Below are positions 62,135 to 64,000 of a stretch of DNA of 64,000 bases, in pieces. Numbering within the stretch: position 1 is the first letter of the stretch; each line of letters starts with the position of its first letter. A model generated the notes under the pieces. The model saw nothing but the letters and a program-made list of their open reading frames with translations. It was not told the origin of the DNA and did not search any database. Source of the stretch: Anaeromyxobacteraceae bacterium (lineage in GTDB: Bacteria > Myxococcota > Myxococcia > Myxococcales > Anaeromyxobacteraceae); assembly GCA_047602405.1 (NCBI GenBank), contig JASGHJ010000002.1, forward strand, positions 448,001 through 512,000, in the 5' to 3' direction. The position numbers and the translations under genes are program-made.

Positions 62135-64000
62135 ATGGCTGAGACCTACGGATGGGCAGGCAAGGTGCTGCGGGTCGACCTGACGACGAAGGCGATCACG
62201 GTCGAGAGCACCGAGAAGTACAAGGCGTTCATGGGCGGCACGGGCCTGGGCTGGAAGGTGATGTGGGACGAGGTCCCGCCCGGCACGAAGGCGTTCGACG
62301 CGGCCAACAAGGTGATCTTCGCCGTCGGCCCCGCGACGGGCTCCGGCTCGCCGTGCTCGGGCCGCACCTCGGTGTGCTCGCTGTGGCCGGTCAACGGTGA
62401 CGATCTGCCGGCCGCCGGTCACGTCGGCGGGCACTGGGGCCCGGAGCTCAAGTACGCCGGCTACGACGCGATCATCGTGCAGGGCGTCTCCGACAAGCCG
62501 GTGTGGCTCCGCATCGAGGACGACAAGGTCAGCCTCGAGGACGCCTCCGTGGTCTGGGGGCAGGGCATCTACCGGACCAACAACCACATCGTGAACCTGC
62601 TCGGGCCCGAGGCGCACGTCATGGCCATCGGCCAGGCCGGCGAGAACAAGAGCCGGCTGGGCGCCATCTTCACCGACCGCTCGCACCGCGCGGGCGGCGT
62701 GGGCGGCATCCTCGGCTCGAAGATGCTGAAGGCGATCGGCGTCCGCGGCACGGGCGCGGTGAAGATCGCGGCGTCGAAGGCCGAGTGGAAGAAGCTCAAC
62801 AACTACTACCTGAGCATGATGGGCGCGAACAACCAGTGCGTCGTCGCCCGCGAGCTGCAGGCGTGGTCGGAGTACTCGCCGGGCGGCACCCGCTGGTCGG
62901 GCCGTGACGGCGTGCTCTGGGGCTCCGCGCTCCCGCCGGTCAACACCGGCACCTGCCCGGACGCCGAGCACCCGACGGTGGACGCGCCGTACCCGCTCAA
63001 CAAGATCGGCCTCCGCACGCAGAAGGGCTTCAACGACTTCGGCGAGGAGGGCCTCAAGCGCACGGTCCGCATGGACGGCTGCCACTCGTGCCCGATCCGC
63101 TGCCACATCGCGGCGGACCACCCGGAGCTCGAGAACTACGGCGTCTCCCGGTACAACATGAACACGTGCATGGGGAACAGCGGCATCGTCTCCACGTACC
63201 CCAGCACCGCCGGGACGAACCCGCAGCAGAACCCGATGCTGCTCACCTACATGTCGAACCACCTCGAGGGTGACTACGGCATCTGGAACGACTACGGCGG
63301 CTGGAACTACGTGTTCAAGTGGATGTACACGCAGAAGGACACCGTCGCGACGATCCCCGACCCGGCGAACGCGGGCCAGACGATCGCCAACCCCTGGCTG
63401 AACAAGACGTACATGGAGAAGTACCTCTCCCAGGGTGACTTCCAGCCGGTCGACAAGACGACGGGCCTGCCGACGGCGAACACGAGCGAGTACTACCGGC
63501 TCCGCACGACGAAGATCTGGAACTCCGGCAAGAGCCCGTTCGACCTCCTCGACGGCGCGGACCCGCGCTGGCTGCAGTTCTACGCCGCCAGCGTGGCCGC
63601 CAACGTCGGTCCGACGTACTGGACCGCCGCGGACGGCGCCGCCCCGGCCGTGGTCGGCAAGTGCCGGACGGCCGGCACGATCGGATGGCTGATGGGCATG
63701 GGCCCGCCGAACATGGCGAAGCGCATCCCGGAGCTCGGGCCGGCGTTCGAGACCGACTACACGAACCTCCACATGTGGAAGCTCGGCCACACGCTCCACC
63801 ACTCGGTGGAGTCGATGGCGCAGGTCGGCGGGTTCGTGAACGTGTTCCAGGCGGTCCGCGACGCCAACGCGCACACGCACCACAACTTCTTCACGAACGG
63901 CCTCCCGAACTCGGCGGCCGTCCCGCTGAAGCGCGCCATCTCCCAGGAGATCGCCTGCTCGCCGTACTCGAAGTCGTTCTTCGCGGCGGGCGGCATGACC
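62135..64000 (+). CDS. AOR-family oxidoreductase, YdhV-like (runs off window end)
   Basis: Manual translation from ATG 62135: MAETYGWAGKVLRVDLT...GGTGLGWKVMWDEVPPGT...GGHWGPELKYAGYD...IGQAGEN...GSKMLKAI...GCHSCPIRC. Not in ORF track. Confidence 0.9.
   Translation, partial: MAETYGWAGKVLRVDLTTKAITVESTEKYKAFMGGTGLGWKVMWDEVPPGTKAFDAANKVIFAVGPATGSGSPCSGRTSVCSLWPVNGDDLPAAGHVGGHWGPELKYAGYDAIIVQGVSDKPVWLRIEDDKVSLEDASVVWGQGIYRTNNHIVNLLGPEAHVMAIGQAGENKSRLGAIFTDRSHRAGGVGGILGSKMLKAIGVRGTGAVKIAASKAEWKKLNNYYLSMMGANNQCVVARELQAWSEYSPGGTRWSGRDGVLWGSALPPVNTGTCPDAEHPTVDAPYPLNKIGLRTQKGFNDFGEEGLKRTVRMDGCHSCPIRCHIAADHPELENYGVSRYNMNTCMGNSGIVSTYPSTAGTNPQQNPMLLTYMSNHLEGDYGIWNDYGGWNYVFKWMYTQKDTVATIPDPANAGQTIANPWLNKTYMEKYLSQGDFQPVDKTTGLPTANTSEYYRLRTTKIWNSGKSPFDLLDGADPRWLQFYAASVAANVGPTYWTAADGAAPAVVGKCRTAGTIGWLMGMGPPNMAKRIPELGPAFETDYTNLHMWKLGHTLHHSVESMAQVGGFVNVFQAVRDANAHTHHNFFTNGLPNSAAVPLKRAISQEIACSPYSKSFFAAGGMT

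Overview
Very GC-rich bacterial DNA whose gene content resembles Anaeromyxobacter (Myxococcota); the taxonomy is inferred, not proven. In order: a nitrate-to-ammonium (DNRA) island (nrfA partial, nrfH, napH-G-D-A, tetraheme cytochrome) with its own sigma54 two-component system; surface lipoproteins with a PEGA protein; argG; yceI; a divergent sigma54 locus (DUF4382-like lipoprotein versus Ala-rich protein, TPR protein, TPR-barrel, kinase, regulator); an HTH/cobalamin-fold/hemerythrin regulator; ECF-ZAS sigma, TlpA and MarR; a lipid/TolC operon; a complete IS110-family (IS1111-type) element; dcp; a degenerate alpha-carbonic anhydrase; bactofilin, short Hsp70 and JAMM peptidase; blaI/M56; LysR; a b561-like/YceI/diheme module; hutUIG; a cold-shock fusion; modABC with porin and HTH-PBP regulator; moaA; and a sigma54 operon for a beta-barrel, multiheme cytochrome, Tat ferredoxin and YdhV/AOR-family oxidoreductase (partial). 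Best finding: the IS carries a readable bridge/seek-type RNA whose loops match its own insertion site and one element end. Seven single extra A/T bases in similar contexts break or fuse genes and are probably sequencing errors. All family calls come from motif recognition by eye; no searches were run.
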